NCBI RefSeq assembly: GCF_058153355.1
Contig: NZ_CM177019.1
DNA: 64,000 nucleotides
Reading direction: 5' to 3' (one strand)
Part shown: positions 25,672-39,908 of the stretch, in pieces
Layout: every line of letters starts with the position of its first letter
How positions within the stretch are numbered: position 1 is the stretch's first letter
Position numbers and translations under genes: made by a program
The notes under the pieces: generated by a model
Seen by the model: the letters and a program-made list of their open reading frames with translations, nothing else
Databases searched by the model: none
What the model was told of the DNA's origin: nothing

Positions 25672-26898
25672 TTACTTCCGTTGCGCCGTTAACTCGGCAA
25701 TACGGACGATCACCTGCACCGCTTTTTCCATACCTTCCAGAGTCACAAATTCATGCTTACCATGGTAGTTGTAACCGCCAGTGAACAGGTTCGGACACGG
25801 TAATCCCATAAACGACAACTGCGCGCCGTCGGTACCACCGCGGATCGGTTTCAGTTCCGGCTCAATATCGCAGTCACGCATCGCCTGCTGAGCGATATCG
25901 AGAATATGCGGATGCTCAACCACTTTCTCGCGCATATTGTAGTAACTGTCTTCAATCACCAGTTCAATGTAGCAATCAGGATGTAACCCTTTGCCCACTT
26001 TTTTGGCGATCTCCATCATTTTACGTTTACGCGCTTCAAACTGTTTACGGTCGAAATCACGAATGATGTAGTGCATATCGGCCCGTTCAACGGTGCCTTT
26101 CATGCTCGCCAGGTGATAGAAACCTTCATAGCCTTCTGTCATTTCCGGGCTTTCATTTGCCGGAACTTCCGCATGAATACGTGCCGCCAGCGAAAGCGCA
26201 TTTACCATCACTCCTTTCGCCGTGCCCGGGTGAACATTGTTACCGACAATTTTGATATTGACCGACGCGGCGTTGAAGTTTTCAAACTCCAGTTCGCCTA
26301 CGCCACCACCATCAACGGTGTAAGCCCAGCGGGCATCGAAGGCGTCAACATCAAAATGTTTCGCCCCTTTACCCACTTCTTCATCCGGGGTAAAGGCGAC
26401 ACGAATATCACCATGCGGAATGTTTTTTTGTTGTAATACCGCCAGCGCGGTCATGATTTCTGCAATACCAGCTTTATCATCGGCACCTAACAAGGTTTTA
26501 CCATCGGTGGTAATCAGCGTCTGACCCAGTAGCTGATGCAGCACCGGGAACATAACCGGTGATAAAACTTCATCGCCGATACCCAGCGCAATATCGCCAC
26601 CACGATAGTTTTCAACAATTTGCGGATTCACATTTTTGCCGCTGCAATCCGGTGAGGTATCCACATGAGAAATAAAGCCAATCGCCGGGATATCGCCAGG
26701 GACGTTAGCCGGTAACGTCGCCATCAAAGTGCCCTTCTCACTTAAGGTCACATTGATAAGCCCCATCTCTTCGAGCTGCTCTTTCAGCAGATGCAATAAC
26801 TTCCATTGGCCTTCCGTGCTGGGAACCTGTCTCACCCCTGCCTTTGATTGGGTATCCAGAGACACGTAGTTCAAAAATCGCTCAAGTAGTTTATCCAT
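25672..26898 (-). CDS. pepT: Peptidase T
   Basis: 408 aa from [19 protein letters not shown]20 metallopeptidase. Confidence 0.95.
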   Translation of the reverse strand: MDKLLERFLNYVSLDTQSKAGVRQVPSTEGQWKLLHLLKEQLEEMGLINVTLSEKGTLMATLPANVPGDIPAIGFISHVDTSPDCSGKNVNPQIVENYRGGDIALGIGDEVLSPVMFPVLHQLLGQTLITTDGKTLLGADDKAGIAEIMTALAVLQQKNIPHGDIRVAFTPDEEVGKGAKHFDVDAFDARWAYTVDGGGVGELEFENFNAASVNIKIVGNNVHPGTAKGVMVNALSLAARIHAEVPANESPEMTEGYEGFYHLASMKGTVERADMHYIIRDFDRKQFEARKRKMMEIAKKVGKGLHPDCYIELVIEDSYYNMREKVVEHPHILDIAQQAMRDCDIEPELKPIRGGTDGAQLSFMGLPCPNLFTGGYNYHGKHEFVTLEGMEKAVQVIVRIAELTAQRK

Positions 26899-27147
26899 GT
26901 AGTCACCCTCACTTTTTGTGACAACATTATTAAGAAGCAAGAAAAGACAAATATTGCGTCAGGTCACTTTTACCCCTGCAAGCGGGAATATTTATCAGCA
27001 TTACCTTAATGAATATAAAGCTAAGCCAGTAATTCACAACAAAGATTGGCGATTCAAGCGGTTTGCCGTAGAATTACCGCCCTCATTAAGAGTCACCAAG
27101 GTGGTTAACCACAAACCCCGCATCGGTAAGCCATCCGTTGCGTTTAC

Positions 27148-28284
27148 ATGGGACAGAGTAAAAAATTGAATAAACAACCGAGTTCGCTTTCACCGCTGGT
27201 GCAATTGGCGGGAATTCGCAAATGCTTTGATGGTAAAGAGGTCATTCCCCAGCTGGATCTGACTATCAATAATGGCGAGTTCCTCACGCTGCTTGGCCCT
27301 TCTGGCTGCGGTAAAACAACCGTTCTTCGCCTGATCGCAGGTCTGGAAACTGTTGATTCCGGACGCATCATGCTGGATAACGAGGACATCACCCACGTTC
27401 CGGCTGAAAACCGCTATGTGAACACTGTTTTCCAAAGCTACGCACTTTTCCCCCACATGACCGTGTTCGAAAATGTGGCCTTTGGGTTGCGCATGCAAAA
27501 AACCCCCGCAGCTGAAATTACGCCCCGCGTGATGGAAGCCCTGCGGATGGTGCAGCTGGAAACCTTCGCTCAACGCAAACCGCATCAGCTCTCTGGCGGT
27601 CAACAGCAACGCGTTGCCATTGCCCGCGCGGTGGTTAACAAGCCTCGTCTGTTGTTGCTGGATGAGTCGCTCTCAGCGCTGGATTACAAACTGCGCAAGC
27701 AAATGCAGAACGAGCTGAAAGCGTTACAGCGTAAGCTTGGCATTACATTCGTGTTCGTAACTCACGACCAGGAAGAAGCACTTACCATGTCGGACAGGAT
27801 TGTGGTGATGCGCGATGGTCGCATTGAGCAAGACGGCACGCCGCGTGAAATCTACGAAGAGCCGAAAAACCTGTTTGTTGCTGGGTTTATCGGTGAAATC
27901 AATATGTTTAATGCCACGGTCATCGAACGTCTCGACGAGCAGCGCGTACGCGCCAACGTTGAAGGCCGCGAATGTAATATCTACGTTAACTTCGCCGTTG
28001 AGCCAGGGCAAAAACTGCATGTTCTGCTACGTCCTGAAGACTTACGCGTTGAAGAGATTAACGACGATAACCACGCTGAAGGCCTGATTGGTTATGTTCG
28101 CGAGCGTAACTACAAAGGCATGACGCTGGAGTCGGTTGTTGAACTGGAAAATGGCAAGATGGTGATGGTCAGCGAATTCTTCAATGAAGACGATCCTGAC
28201 TTTGACCACTCTCTCGACCAAAAAATGGCCATTAATTGGGTAGAAAGCTGGGAGGTCGTACTGGCTGATGAAGAACACAAGTAA
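27148..28284 (+). CDS. potA: Spermidine/putrescine ABC transporter ATPase PotA
   Basis: 378-aa ORF with Walker A (GPSGCGKTT) and ABC signature (LSGGQQQR). Confidence 0.96.
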
Positions 28285-29125
28285 GTTCCAGAATGTAGTG
28301 ATTGTCACTATTGTCGGTTGGCTTGTGTTGTTTGTCTTTCTGCCCAACCTGATGATCATCGGCACCAGCTTTTTGACCCGCGACGACGCCAGTTTCGTCA
28401 AAATGGTCTTTACGCTGGATAACTACACGCGACTGCTCGATCCGCTTTATTTTGAAGTGCTATTGCACTCGTTGAATATGGCGCTGATCGCCACCCTCGC
28501 CTGCCTGGTGCTGGGCTACCCGTTTGCCTGGTTTCTGGCAAAGCTGCCACACAAGGTGCGTCCGCTGCTGCTGTTTCTGCTGATTGTTCCGTTCTGGACC
28601 AACTCATTGATTCGTATCTATGGGCTGAAAATTTTCCTCAGTACCAAAGGCTATCTCAACGAGTTTTTGCTCTGGCTGGGCGTTATCGATACACCAATTC
28701 GCATCATGTTCACGCCTAGTGCGGTGATTATCGGTCTGGTTTACATTCTGCTGCCGTTTATGGTGATGCCGCTGTACTCCAGTATCGAAAAACTGGATAA
28801 GCCGTTGCTTGAGGCGGCGCGCGATCTCGGTGCCAACAAGTTGCAGACCTTTATCCGTATCATTATCCCACTGACGATGCCGGGGATTATTGCCGGATGT
28901 CTGCTGGTGATGCTGCCAGCGATGGGCCTGTTCTACGTGTCTGACCTGATGGGCGGTGCGAAAAACCTGCTGATTGGTAACGTCATCAAGGTCCAGTTCC
29001 TCAATATTCGTGACTGGCCGTTTGGTGCTGCCACCAGCATTACGCTGACTATCGTAATGGGCCTGATGTTGCTGGTTTACTGGCGCGCTTCTCGTTTGCT
29101 GAATAAGAAGGTGGAACTCGAATGA
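28268..29125 (+). CDS. potB: Spermidine/putrescine ABC transporter permease PotB
   Basis: Polytopic permease ORF following potA; true start may be the GTG at 28298. Confidence 0.9.
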
Positions 29126-29916
29126 TCGGTCGACTGCTTCGCGGCGGTTTTATGACCGCTATCTACGCGTACCTGTATATCCCAATCATTATTTTGATTG
29201 TGAACTCCTTTAACAGCTCGCGCTTTGGCATCAACTGGCAGGGTTTTACCACCAAATGGTATAGCCTGCTGATGAACAACGACAGCCTGTTACAGGCAGC
29301 TCAGCATTCTCTGACGATGGCGGTGTTTTCGGCGACGTTTGCTACGCTTATCGGTTCACTGACGGCAGTTGCGCTGTACCGTTATCGCTTTCGTGGTAAG
29401 CCGTTCGTTAGCGGAATGCTGTTTGTGGTGATGATGTCACCAGATATCGTAATGGCGATTTCGCTGCTGGTGCTGTTTATGCTGCTGGGTATTCAGCTTG
29501 GCTTCTGGTCGCTGCTGTTCTCGCATATCACCTTCTGCCTGCCGTTTGTGGTGGTGACGGTGTATTCGCGCCTGAAAGGTTTTGATGTGCGAATGCTGGA
29601 AGCGGCGAAAGATCTCGGTGCCAGCGAATTTACCATTCTGCGAAAAATCATTCTGCCACTGGCAATGCCTGCGGTGGCGGCGGGCTGGGTGTTAAGCTTT
29701 ACCCTGTCGATGGACGATGTAGTAGTTTCTTCGTTCGTCACCGGACCAAGCTATGAAATTCTGCCGTTAAAAATTTATTCGATGGTCAAAGTCGGCGTAT
29801 CGCCGGAAGTTAACGCGCTGGCAACCATATTACTGGTGCTGTCGCTGGTGATGGTAATTGCCAGCCAGCTTATTGCTCGTGATAAAACGAAAGGTAACAC
29901 AGGGGACGTTAAATGA
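29122..29916 (+). CDS. potC: Spermidine/putrescine ABC transporter permease PotC
   Basis: 264-aa permease; start overlaps potB stop. Confidence 0.94.
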   Translation: MIGRLLRGGFMTAIYAYLYIPIIILIVNSFNSSRFGINWQGFTTKWYSLLMNNDSLLQAAQHSLTMAVFSATFATLIGSLTAVALYRYRFRGKPFVSGMLFVVMMSPDIVMAISLLVLFMLLGIQLGFWSLLFSHITFCLPFVVVTVYSRLKGFDVRMLEAAKDLGASEFTILRKIILPLAMPAVAAGWVLSFTLSMDDVVVSSFVTGPSYEILPLKIYSMVKVGVSPEVNALATILLVLSLVMVIASQLIARDKTKGNTGDVK

Positions 29917-30959
29917 AAAAATGGTCACGCCACCTGCTCGCGGCGGGTGCTCTGGCACTGGGCATGAGCGCCGCTCACGCCGATGACAACAACACGCTGT
30001 ATTTCTACAACTGGACCGAGTACGTGCCGCCAGGACTGCTTGAACAGTTCACCAAAGAAACCGGTATTAAGGTTATCTATTCGACTTACGAGTCGAACGA
30101 AACCATGTACGCGAAGCTGAAAACGTACAAAGACGGTGCCTATGACCTGGTGGTTCCTTCAACCTATTACGTCGATAAAATGCGTAAAGAAGGGATGATC
30201 CAGAAGATCGATAAGTCGAAGTTAAGCAACTTCAGCAATCTCGATCCAGACATGCTCAACAAGCCGTTTGACCCGAATAACGACTACTCCATTCCGTATA
30301 TCTGGGGGGCGACGGCGATTGGCGTTAACGGTGATGCGGTTGACCCGAAATCTGTCACCAGCTGGGGCGATCTGTGGAAGCCTGAGTACAAAGGCAGCCT
30401 GCTGCTGACCGACGATGCCCGTGAAGTGTTCCAGATGGCGCTGCGCAAACTGGGCTACTCCGGTAACACCACCGATCCGAAAGAGATTGAAGCTGCATAC
30501 AACGAGCTGAAAAAACTGATGCCAAACGTCGCGGCGTTTAACTCCGATAACCCGGCGAACCCGTATATGGAAGGCGAAGTTAACCTCGGCATGATCTGGA
30601 ACGGTTCTGCTTTCGTTGCACGCCAGGCGGGTACGCCAATTGATGTGGTGTGGCCGAAAGAAGGCGGCATTTTCTGGATGGACAGCCTGGCGATCCCGGC
30701 AAATGCTAAAAACAAAGAGGGCGCGCTGAAATTGATCAACTTCCTGCTGCGCCCGGATGTGGCAAAACAGGTTGCTGAAACTATCGGTTATCCAACGCCA
30801 AACCTCGCCGCGCGTAAGCTGTTAAGCCCGGAAATAGCGAACGACAAGACGCTCTACCCGGATGCTGAAACCATTAAAAATGGCGAATGGCAGAATGACG
30901 TTGGCGCAGCCAGCAGCATTTATGAAGAGTATTATCAGAAGCTGAAAGCAGGACGTTAA
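29913..30959 (+). CDS. potD: Spermidine/putrescine-binding periplasmic protein PotD
   Basis: 348-aa ORF with signal peptide; start overlaps potC stop. Confidence 0.96.
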   Translation: MKKWSRHLLAAGALALGMSAAHADDNNTLYFYNWTEYVPPGLLEQFTKETGIKVIYSTYESNETMYAKLKTYKDGAYDLVVPSTYYVDKMRKEGMIQKIDKSKLSNFSNLDPDMLNKPFDPNNDYSIPYIWGATAIGVNGDAVDPKSVTSWGDLWKPEYKGSLLLTDDAREVFQMALRKLGYSGNTTDPKEIEAAYNELKKLMPNVAAFNSDNPANPYMEGEVNLGMIWNGSAFVARQAGTPIDVVWPKEGGIFWMDSLAIPANAKNKEGALKLINFLLRPDVAKQVAETIGYPTPNLAARKLLSPEIANDKTLYPDAETIKNGEWQNDVGAASSIYEEYYQKLKAGR

Positions 30960-30966
30960 TTCAGCA

Positions 30967-30996
30967 AGCGGGCGGTGGTATTACCGCCCGTTTTTT
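30967..30996 (+). terminator. Rho-independent terminator of the pot operon
   Basis: GCGGGCGGTGGTATTACCGCCCG hairpin followed by TTTTTTC. Confidence 0.8.
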
Positions 30997-31063
30997 CATT
31001 TAGCAAGGATGTGGCTAATGTTGCTGTTATGGACGAGTAAACACTAAAAGAGGCAGTAAATAT

Positions 31064-31097
31064 GCCAGATGCGGCGTCAACGCCTTCTCTGGTCTAC
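31064..31097. repeat. REP-like palindromic unit just 5' of the intron
   Basis: GCCAGATGCGGCGTCAACGCCTTCTCTGGTCTAC resembles the REP consensus GCCGGATGCGGCGTGAACGCCTTATCCGGCCTAC. Confidence 0.55.
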
Positions 31098-31697
31098 GAG
31101 TGCGACAAGAAGTCGTCCAACATATTGTTTTGATAAATTATTTATATAAAACCAACTATTCCATTAGTTGTAGCCTACTGAGGCAGGCAAAGCTGGTAAC
31201 GGCTCTGTCTGAAGCCCTTGGGACAATGTAGCTTAGCAAATATTGCTTCAGTTAATCGTGAGAAAACCTGATCGCTACAAGCATCATGCGGCGAGAGCGC
31301 TAGGCTGGGCGGTATGGTTAACATAGTGAACTGTCGTTAAACGTCGTAACAGAGAACGAGCCAAAGATGCTGATAGGCTTGCACCAAAAGGTAAGGGGTA
31401 AGGCTATTCCTGTTCGTAGTGGGAATACATGGACAATAACTCCCCCGGCGGATAGACAGAACCTAACCCGTTCTTTGTATGTTGGTCGGAACTTGGTAAG
31501 CCCGAATTCTCGCCCTAGTGGCAGGGGCACCGTAAGGCAAACTGATGAGAATGCGGGTAAAGGAGGATGGAAAAAGCGAAAGCCGGACTGTAATCGTGCG
31601 GATAGAGGTTCAATATTTGCCTTAACGGGAAACCGTGCTGACTTCCATCTGGTCTTTAATTGCGAAACATCTGCGAAGGTTTCTTTGGATGACATGT

Positions 31698-33377
31698 ATG
31701 AAAATTACATCTAACAATGTAACTGCGGTCATCAACGGAAAAGGTTGGCATTCCATTAACTGGAAGAAATGCCATCAACACGTTAAAACCATACAGACAA
31801 GAATCGCAAAGGCGGCATGTAACCAGCAATGGCGTACAGTCGGTAGATTGCAACGATTGCTGGTTCGCTCATTCAGCGCCAGAGCACTGGCGGTGAAACG
31901 AGTTACGGAAAATAGCGGGCGTAAAACCCCCGGAGTTGATGGTCAAATCTGGAGTACTCCAGAATCAAAATGGGAAGCGATATTCAAACTCAGGCGAAAA
32001 GGGTACAAGCCCCTACCGCTAAAAAGAGTTTTTATACCCAAATCTAATGGCAAGAAAAGACCATTAGGAATCCCCGTCATGCTTGACAGGGCAATGCAGG
32101 CCCTGCATCTGCTGGGATTGGAGCCTGTATCGGAAACTAATGCAGATCACAACAGTTATGGTTTCAGACCAGCGCGATGTACGGCTGACGCCATTCAACA
32201 GGTATGTAATATGTATAGTTCCCGGAACGCCTCGAAATGGGTTCTGGAAGGCGATATTAAAGGATGCTTTGAACACATTAGCCACGAGTGGCTGCTTGAA
32301 AATATTCCTATGGACAAGCAAATACTCCGTAATTGGTTGAAAGCCGGGATCATCGAAAAAAGCATATTCAGCAAAACTCTCTCGGGTACACCCCAGGGAG
32401 GAATCATATCTCCAGTTCTGGCAAACATGGCCCTGGATGGACTGGAAAGACTGCTGCAAAATCGCTTTGGTCCGAAACGCTCAAAAACATTCAGGAAACA
32501 TCAGGTTCACTTCGTCCGGTATGCTGATGATTTCATCATTTCCGGAAAGTCGAAAGAACTTCTGGAGGAGAATGTTCTTCCGTTGGTGAAATCATTTCTT
32601 GCAGAAAGAGGGCTGACGTTATCCGAAGAGAAAACGGTCATCACTCACATTACTGACGGATTTGATTTCCTTGGGCAGCACGTCCGACGCTTCGGTAGAA
32701 AACTCATAATCAGACCAGCCAAGAAAAACGTTAAACAATTTCTTAGCAAGATCAGAGAGACTATTGAAGGTAACCGAACGGTTCCTGCATGGGTGCTAAT
32801 AAATCTGCTTAATCCAATCATCACCGGGTGGGCAAACTATCACCAACATGTAGCATCGGCAGAGACATTTAACTATGTCGACAACCAAATCTGGCGCAAA
32901 ATCTGGCAGTGGTGCAGAAGGAGACATCCCGGCAAAGGCCGGAGATGGATCTTCCGAAAGTACCACACGACAATAAAAATGTGTCATGGTCGATTTTATG
33001 GAGTCGATCCGGAGGGTAGGAAATATGTTCTGTCCCGGGCCAGCGACATCCATATTAATCGCTATATAAAAATAAAGGGAACGGCAAATCCATATGATCC
33101 CGAGTGGGAAACATACTTCGAAAGAAGGCTGGACTACTCATGGAAGAAATCCCAACAGGGGCAGAAAAGGATTCTCGCTATATGGAAAAGGCAAGGATCG
33201 CGCTGCCCTTTATGTGAGCAACCGATTAATCGCGATACAGGATGGAATGTTCATCATTTGCTCAAGAAATCTCTTGGCGGTAGCGATGATGTGAGCAATT
33301 TAGTCCTACTCCATCCCAACTGCCATCGACAACTACATAGTAATGACGCTGGTCTCCCACAAGGTGGAGGCTTATAA
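31698..33377 (+). CDS. Group II intron-encoded protein (reverse transcriptase / maturase / HNH endonuclease)
   Basis: RT motifs including YADD (HFVRYADDFIISG), maturase/X region, C-terminal HNH (CPLCEQPI...HHLLKKSLGGSDDVSNLVLLHPNCHRQLH); start could be 31635 or 31689. Confidence 0.88.
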   Translation: MKITSNNVTAVINGKGWHSINWKKCHQHVKTIQTRIAKAACNQQWRTVGRLQRLLVRSFSARALAVKRVTENSGRKTPGVDGQIWSTPESKWEAIFKLRRKGYKPLPLKRVFIPKSNGKKRPLGIPVMLDRAMQALHLLGLEPVSETNADHNSYGFRPARCTADAIQQVCNMYSSRNASKWVLEGDIKGCFEHISHEWLLENIPMDKQILRNWLKAGIIEKSIFSKTLSGTPQGGIISPVLANMALDGLERLLQNRFGPKRSKTFRKHQVHFVRYADDFIISGKSKELLEENVLPLVKSFLAERGLTLSEEKTVITHITDGFDFLGQHVRRFGRKLIIRPAKKNVKQFLSKIRETIEGNRTVPAWVLINLLNPIITGWANYHQHVASAETFNYVDNQIWRKIWQWCRRRHPGKGRRWIFRKYHTTIKMCHGRFYGVDPEGRKYVLSRASDIHINRYIKIKGTANPYDPEWETYFERRLDYSWKKSQQGQKRILAIWKRQGSRCPLCEQPINRDTGWNVHHLLKKSLGGSDDVSNLVLLHPNCHRQLHSNDAGLPQGGGL

Positions 33378-33383
33378 AGGCTT

Positions 33384-33417
33384 GAGCGGTATGCGGGGAA
33401 ACTCGCACGTACCGTTC
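33384..33417 (+). ncRNA. Group II intron domain V (catalytic hairpin)
   Basis: GAGCGGTATGCGGGGAAACTCGCACGTACCGTTC matches the domain V consensus (GAGC...GNRA loop...GTTC, AGC triad context). Confidence 0.7.
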
Positions 33418-33477
33418 TTAGGGGGCGGCGAGACAGTAATGAATCGCTGCTACCCGACCACCCGCAAATTCAATTCA

Positions 33478-33512
33478 TTGCGCCCCATCGCAGGCCTGAT
33501 AAGCGTAGCGCA
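33478..33512. repeat. REP element between the intron and cobB
   Basis: GCAGGCCTGATAAGCGTAGCGCATCAGGCAATG, a classic REP palindrome. Confidence 0.7.
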
Positions 33513-33531
33513 TCAGGCAATGCTTCCTGCT

Positions 33532-34353
33532 TTATAAGCCCTTCAGCAACTTTTCAACAAACTCTGGCACCACCTGGCTTGCCGGGCCGTAATATTTCTC
33601 GGCAAATTCATTACCGACCTGACTCGGTTCAAGATTGAGTTCCACAGTGTGCGCACCATGCAGTTTCGCTTCGTGAACAAATCCAGCCGCCGGATAAACA
33701 TGCCCGGAAGTACCAATGGCAATGAAAATATCGGCCATCGACAACGCCATATAAATTTCATCCATGCCGAGTGGCATTTCGCCAAACCAAACGACGTGCG
33801 GGCGCAAGGGTGCCGGGAACTGGCAACAATGGCATTTATCTTCTGGCGTAACGTCTCCGGTCCAGTCGAGAATCTGACCACTTTGCGAACAACGTACTTT
33901 CAGCAATTCCCCATGCATATGAATCACATTGGTATTACCTGCGCGTTCGTGCAGATTGTCGATATTCTGCGTCACCAGCAAAAAGCGATCGCCGAGAGCA
34001 TCTTGCAGTTTAGCTAGCGCAAGATGCGCGGCGTTAGGCTGAATTTCTGGCTGCTGTAGCTGTCGACGACGGGCGTTATAAAACGCTTGCACCAGTTCAG
34101 GATCGCGATCGAAACCTTCCGGCGTTGCCACATCTTCAACCCGATGTTCTTCCCACAGGCCATCTGCGGCGCGAAAGGTACGAATACCTGATTCCGCGGA
34201 AATCCCTGCCCCTGTCAGTACGAGTACTCTTGGTTTTTCCATTGCTTCCGGCACCACTTTATCTCTGAAAAAAATACGCTGACGCAAACGCTCGCGCAGG
34301 CGGCGTTTATTTTTACGAAAACGACTTAACCGATGACCCCGACGCGACAGCAT
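33532..34353 (-). CDS. cobB: NAD-dependent protein deacylase CobB (sirtuin)
   Basis: 273-aa ORF; Sir2 motifs ([25 protein letters not shown], Zn-binding CxxC...CxxC). Confidence 0.94.
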   Translation of the reverse strand: MLSRRGHRLSRFRKNKRRLRERLRQRIFFRDKVVPEAMEKPRVLVLTGAGISAESGIRTFRAADGLWEEHRVEDVATPEGFDRDPELVQAFYNARRRQLQQPEIQPNAAHLALAKLQDALGDRFLLVTQNIDNLHERAGNTNVIHMHGELLKVRCSQSGQILDWTGDVTPEDKCHCCQFPAPLRPHVVWFGEMPLGMDEIYMALSMADIFIAIGTSGHVYPAAGFVHEAKLHGAHTVELNLEPSQVGNEFAEKYYGPASQVVPEFVEKLLKGL

Positions 34354-34368
34354 AGCAACCTCTGTTGT

Positions 34369-35280
34369 TTAATCGGTTAGATGTAGGAAAGCCGCACCAC
34401 GCATTCCTCCCGCATCACCGTGGCGCGCGCGTTCAATGCGCGGAACACGAGCTACAGGTAAGAGATGACGAGGCAGCCTGTCCGCCAGTTGCGTTGTGAT
34501 TGCCGGGAAATTCGATAAGCCACCACCAATGACGACCAGGTCAGGGTCAACAATGGTCAGGATATTTCCCAGACAAACCGCTAATAAATCCAGATAACGC
34601 TCAACGTGCGCCCTTGCCTGCTCATCGCCTTGATCATAAAGCGCAATAATTTCGGGAGCCTGCAACGGTTGATGATAATAGTGTTGATACAGCCACGCAA
34701 AACCGCGACCAGACAGATAATTTTCAATGCAGCCATGCTGACCACAGCCGCAGCGGCGTAATGGGAAATCCAGCCCCATCATGGTTAACGCATCAACCGG
34801 CAGACGCATATGGCCAAACTCGCCGGTAATATAGCTTTTACCGGTAATTGGTTTACCGTTGAAAATCAGCCCGCCGCCAACGCCGGTGCCGAGAATCAAC
34901 CCCATCACCAGTGGATATTGAGTAAATTCATCATCCCAGGCTTCTGAAAGGGCAAAACAGTTGGCATCGTTATCAAGGCGGACATCGCGATCAAGACGTG
35001 CGCTCAGATCTGCACGCAGCGATTTACCGCTGGCAGCGGGGACATTGGCGGCATACAGCGTACCATCTTCTGTTTCCGGCATTCCCGGAATACCGATGCC
35101 GACAGAACCTTTACAGCCAAAACGCTTATCGGCTTCAGCCACCAGCTCGCACACTGCATCTAAAAATGCGTCATAGCTGTCACGCGGTGTCGGCACGCGC
35201 TTTTCCCACTGCAACTGCCGACCGCTATTAAACACGCCAAGCGCAATTTTTGTTCCACCAATATCAAACCCGTAATACAT
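34369..35280 (-). CDS. nagK: N-acetyl-D-glucosamine kinase NagK
   Basis: 303 aa from [17 protein letters not shown] (ROK family). Confidence 0.94.
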   Translation of the reverse strand: MYYGFDIGGTKIALGVFNSGRQLQWEKRVPTPRDSYDAFLDAVCELVAEADKRFGCKGSVGIGIPGMPETEDGTLYAANVPAASGKSLRADLSARLDRDVRLDNDANCFALSEAWDDEFTQYPLVMGLILGTGVGGGLIFNGKPITGKSYITGEFGHMRLPVDALTMMGLDFPLRRCGCGQHGCIENYLSGRGFAWLYQHYYHQPLQAPEIIALYDQGDEQARAHVERYLDLLAVCLGNILTIVDPDLVVIGGGLSNFPAITTQLADRLPRHLLPVARVPRIERARHGDAGGMRGAAFLHLTD

Positions 35281-35308
35281 TGCCGCTCCTTGTTTTAATG
35301 TACTGCCT

Positions 35309-38557
<3,249 letters not shown>

Positions 38558-38707
38558 TCAATCGGCTAAATTGCCATGTTTTATCATCAATCTTGCCGCC
38601 TGATCTTAATCTGAAAAATCATCCAATACAGACAGATACCCATTACACCTCGGGTCATAACCCGCAGGATCAACCGCATGTAAATTAAAAAAGAGCGTGT
38701 TGTCCTG

Positions 38708-39781
38708 ATGAAACAAAAAGAGCTATGGATTAACCAGATCAAAGGGTTATGTATTTGTCTTGTAGTGATTTATCACTCGGTCATTACCTTTTATCCGCAT
38801 CTGACCACTTTTCAGCATCCGTTATCGGAAGTCCTGAGCAAATGCTGGATCTATTTCAATCTTTACCTTGCCCCCTTTCGTATGCCGGTTTTTTTCTTTA
38901 TTTCTGGCTATTTGATTCGCCGCTATATCGACAGCGTACCGTGGGGAAATTGTCTCAATAAACGCATCTGGAACATCTTCTGGGTGCTGGCGCTGTGGGG
39001 CGTGGTGCAGTGGCTGGCGTTAAGTGCGCTGAATCAGTGGCTGGCACCTGAGCGCGATTTAAGCAATGCCTCCAATGCCGCTTATGCCGATTCCACCGGT
39101 GAGTTCCTGCACGGGATGATCACCGCCAGCACCAGCTTGTGGTATCTGTATGCTTTAATTGTCTATTTCGTGATATGTAAACTTTTTAGCCGTCTGGCGC
39201 TGCCACTATTCGCCTTGTTTGTGCTGCTGAGTGTCTCTGTTAATTTCGTTCCCACGCCGTGGTGGGGAATGAACAGCGTGATCCGCAATTTGCCTTATTA
39301 CAGTCTTGGCGCATGGTTTGGCGCAACATTAATAACCTGTGTTAAAGCGGTGCCGTTGCGCCGCCATCTGCTGATGGCTTCTTTGTTGGCCGTTCTGGCG
39401 GTCGGTGCCTGGTTGTTTAATATCTCGCTGCTGTTGTCGCTGGTATCGATTGTGGTGATCATGAAACTGTTTTATCAGTACGAGCAACGCTTCGGTATGC
39501 GCTCCTCCAGCCTGCTGAATGTGATTGGCTCCAACACCATTGCTATCTATACCACCCATCGCATACTGGTAGAAATATTCAGCTTAAGCCTGATTCCGCA
39601 AATGAACGCGGCACGCTGGTCGCCGCAAATCGAACTGACGCTCCTGCTGGTTTACCCCTTTGTCAGTTTGTTGATTTGTACTGTTGCGGGCTTGCTGGTA
39701 AGAAAACTTTCACAGCGCGCATTCAGCGATCTGTTGTTCTCCCCGCCTTCTCTGCCCGCTACCGTCAGTTACTCCCGCTAA
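38708..39781 (+). CDS. ycfT: Inner-membrane acyltransferase-family protein YcfT
   Basis: 357-aa polytopic membrane ORF; position between lolC and mfd. Confidence 0.88.
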   Translation: MKQKELWINQIKGLCICLVVIYHSVITFYPHLTTFQHPLSEVLSKCWIYFNLYLAPFRMPVFFFISGYLIRRYIDSVPWGNCLNKRIWNIFWVLALWGVVQWLALSALNQWLAPERDLSNASNAAYADSTGEFLHGMITASTSLWYLYALIVYFVICKLFSRLALPLFALFVLLSVSVNFVPTPWWGMNSVIRNLPYYSLGAWFGATLITCVKAVPLRRHLLMASLLAVLAVGAWLFNISLLLSLVSIVVIMKLFYQYEQRFGMRSSSLLNVIGSNTIAIYTTHRILVEIFSLSLIPQMNAARWSPQIELTLLLVYPFVSLLICTVAGLLVRKLSQRAFSDLLFSPPSLPATVSYSR

Positions 39782-39908
39782 ACCATCGCCCCTGGCGGGG
39801 CGATTCGATTTGCTAAACCATGTCGATTACGGATAATGAACAGCATTGCTTATCAGAGATATGCCCCCATATGTTGAGGCATATCCTAACGAGAATCTGA
39901 CAACCGTT

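Larger units (their letters stand above)
31100..33453 (+). mobile_element. Group II intron (ORF-containing, RT-maturase-HNH type); boundaries approximate
   Basis: GTGCG at 31100 about 600 nt upstream of the IEP ORF; domain V consensus at 33384..33417 right after the ORF stop; short domain VI-like tail ending ...CTAC. Confidence 0.7.
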
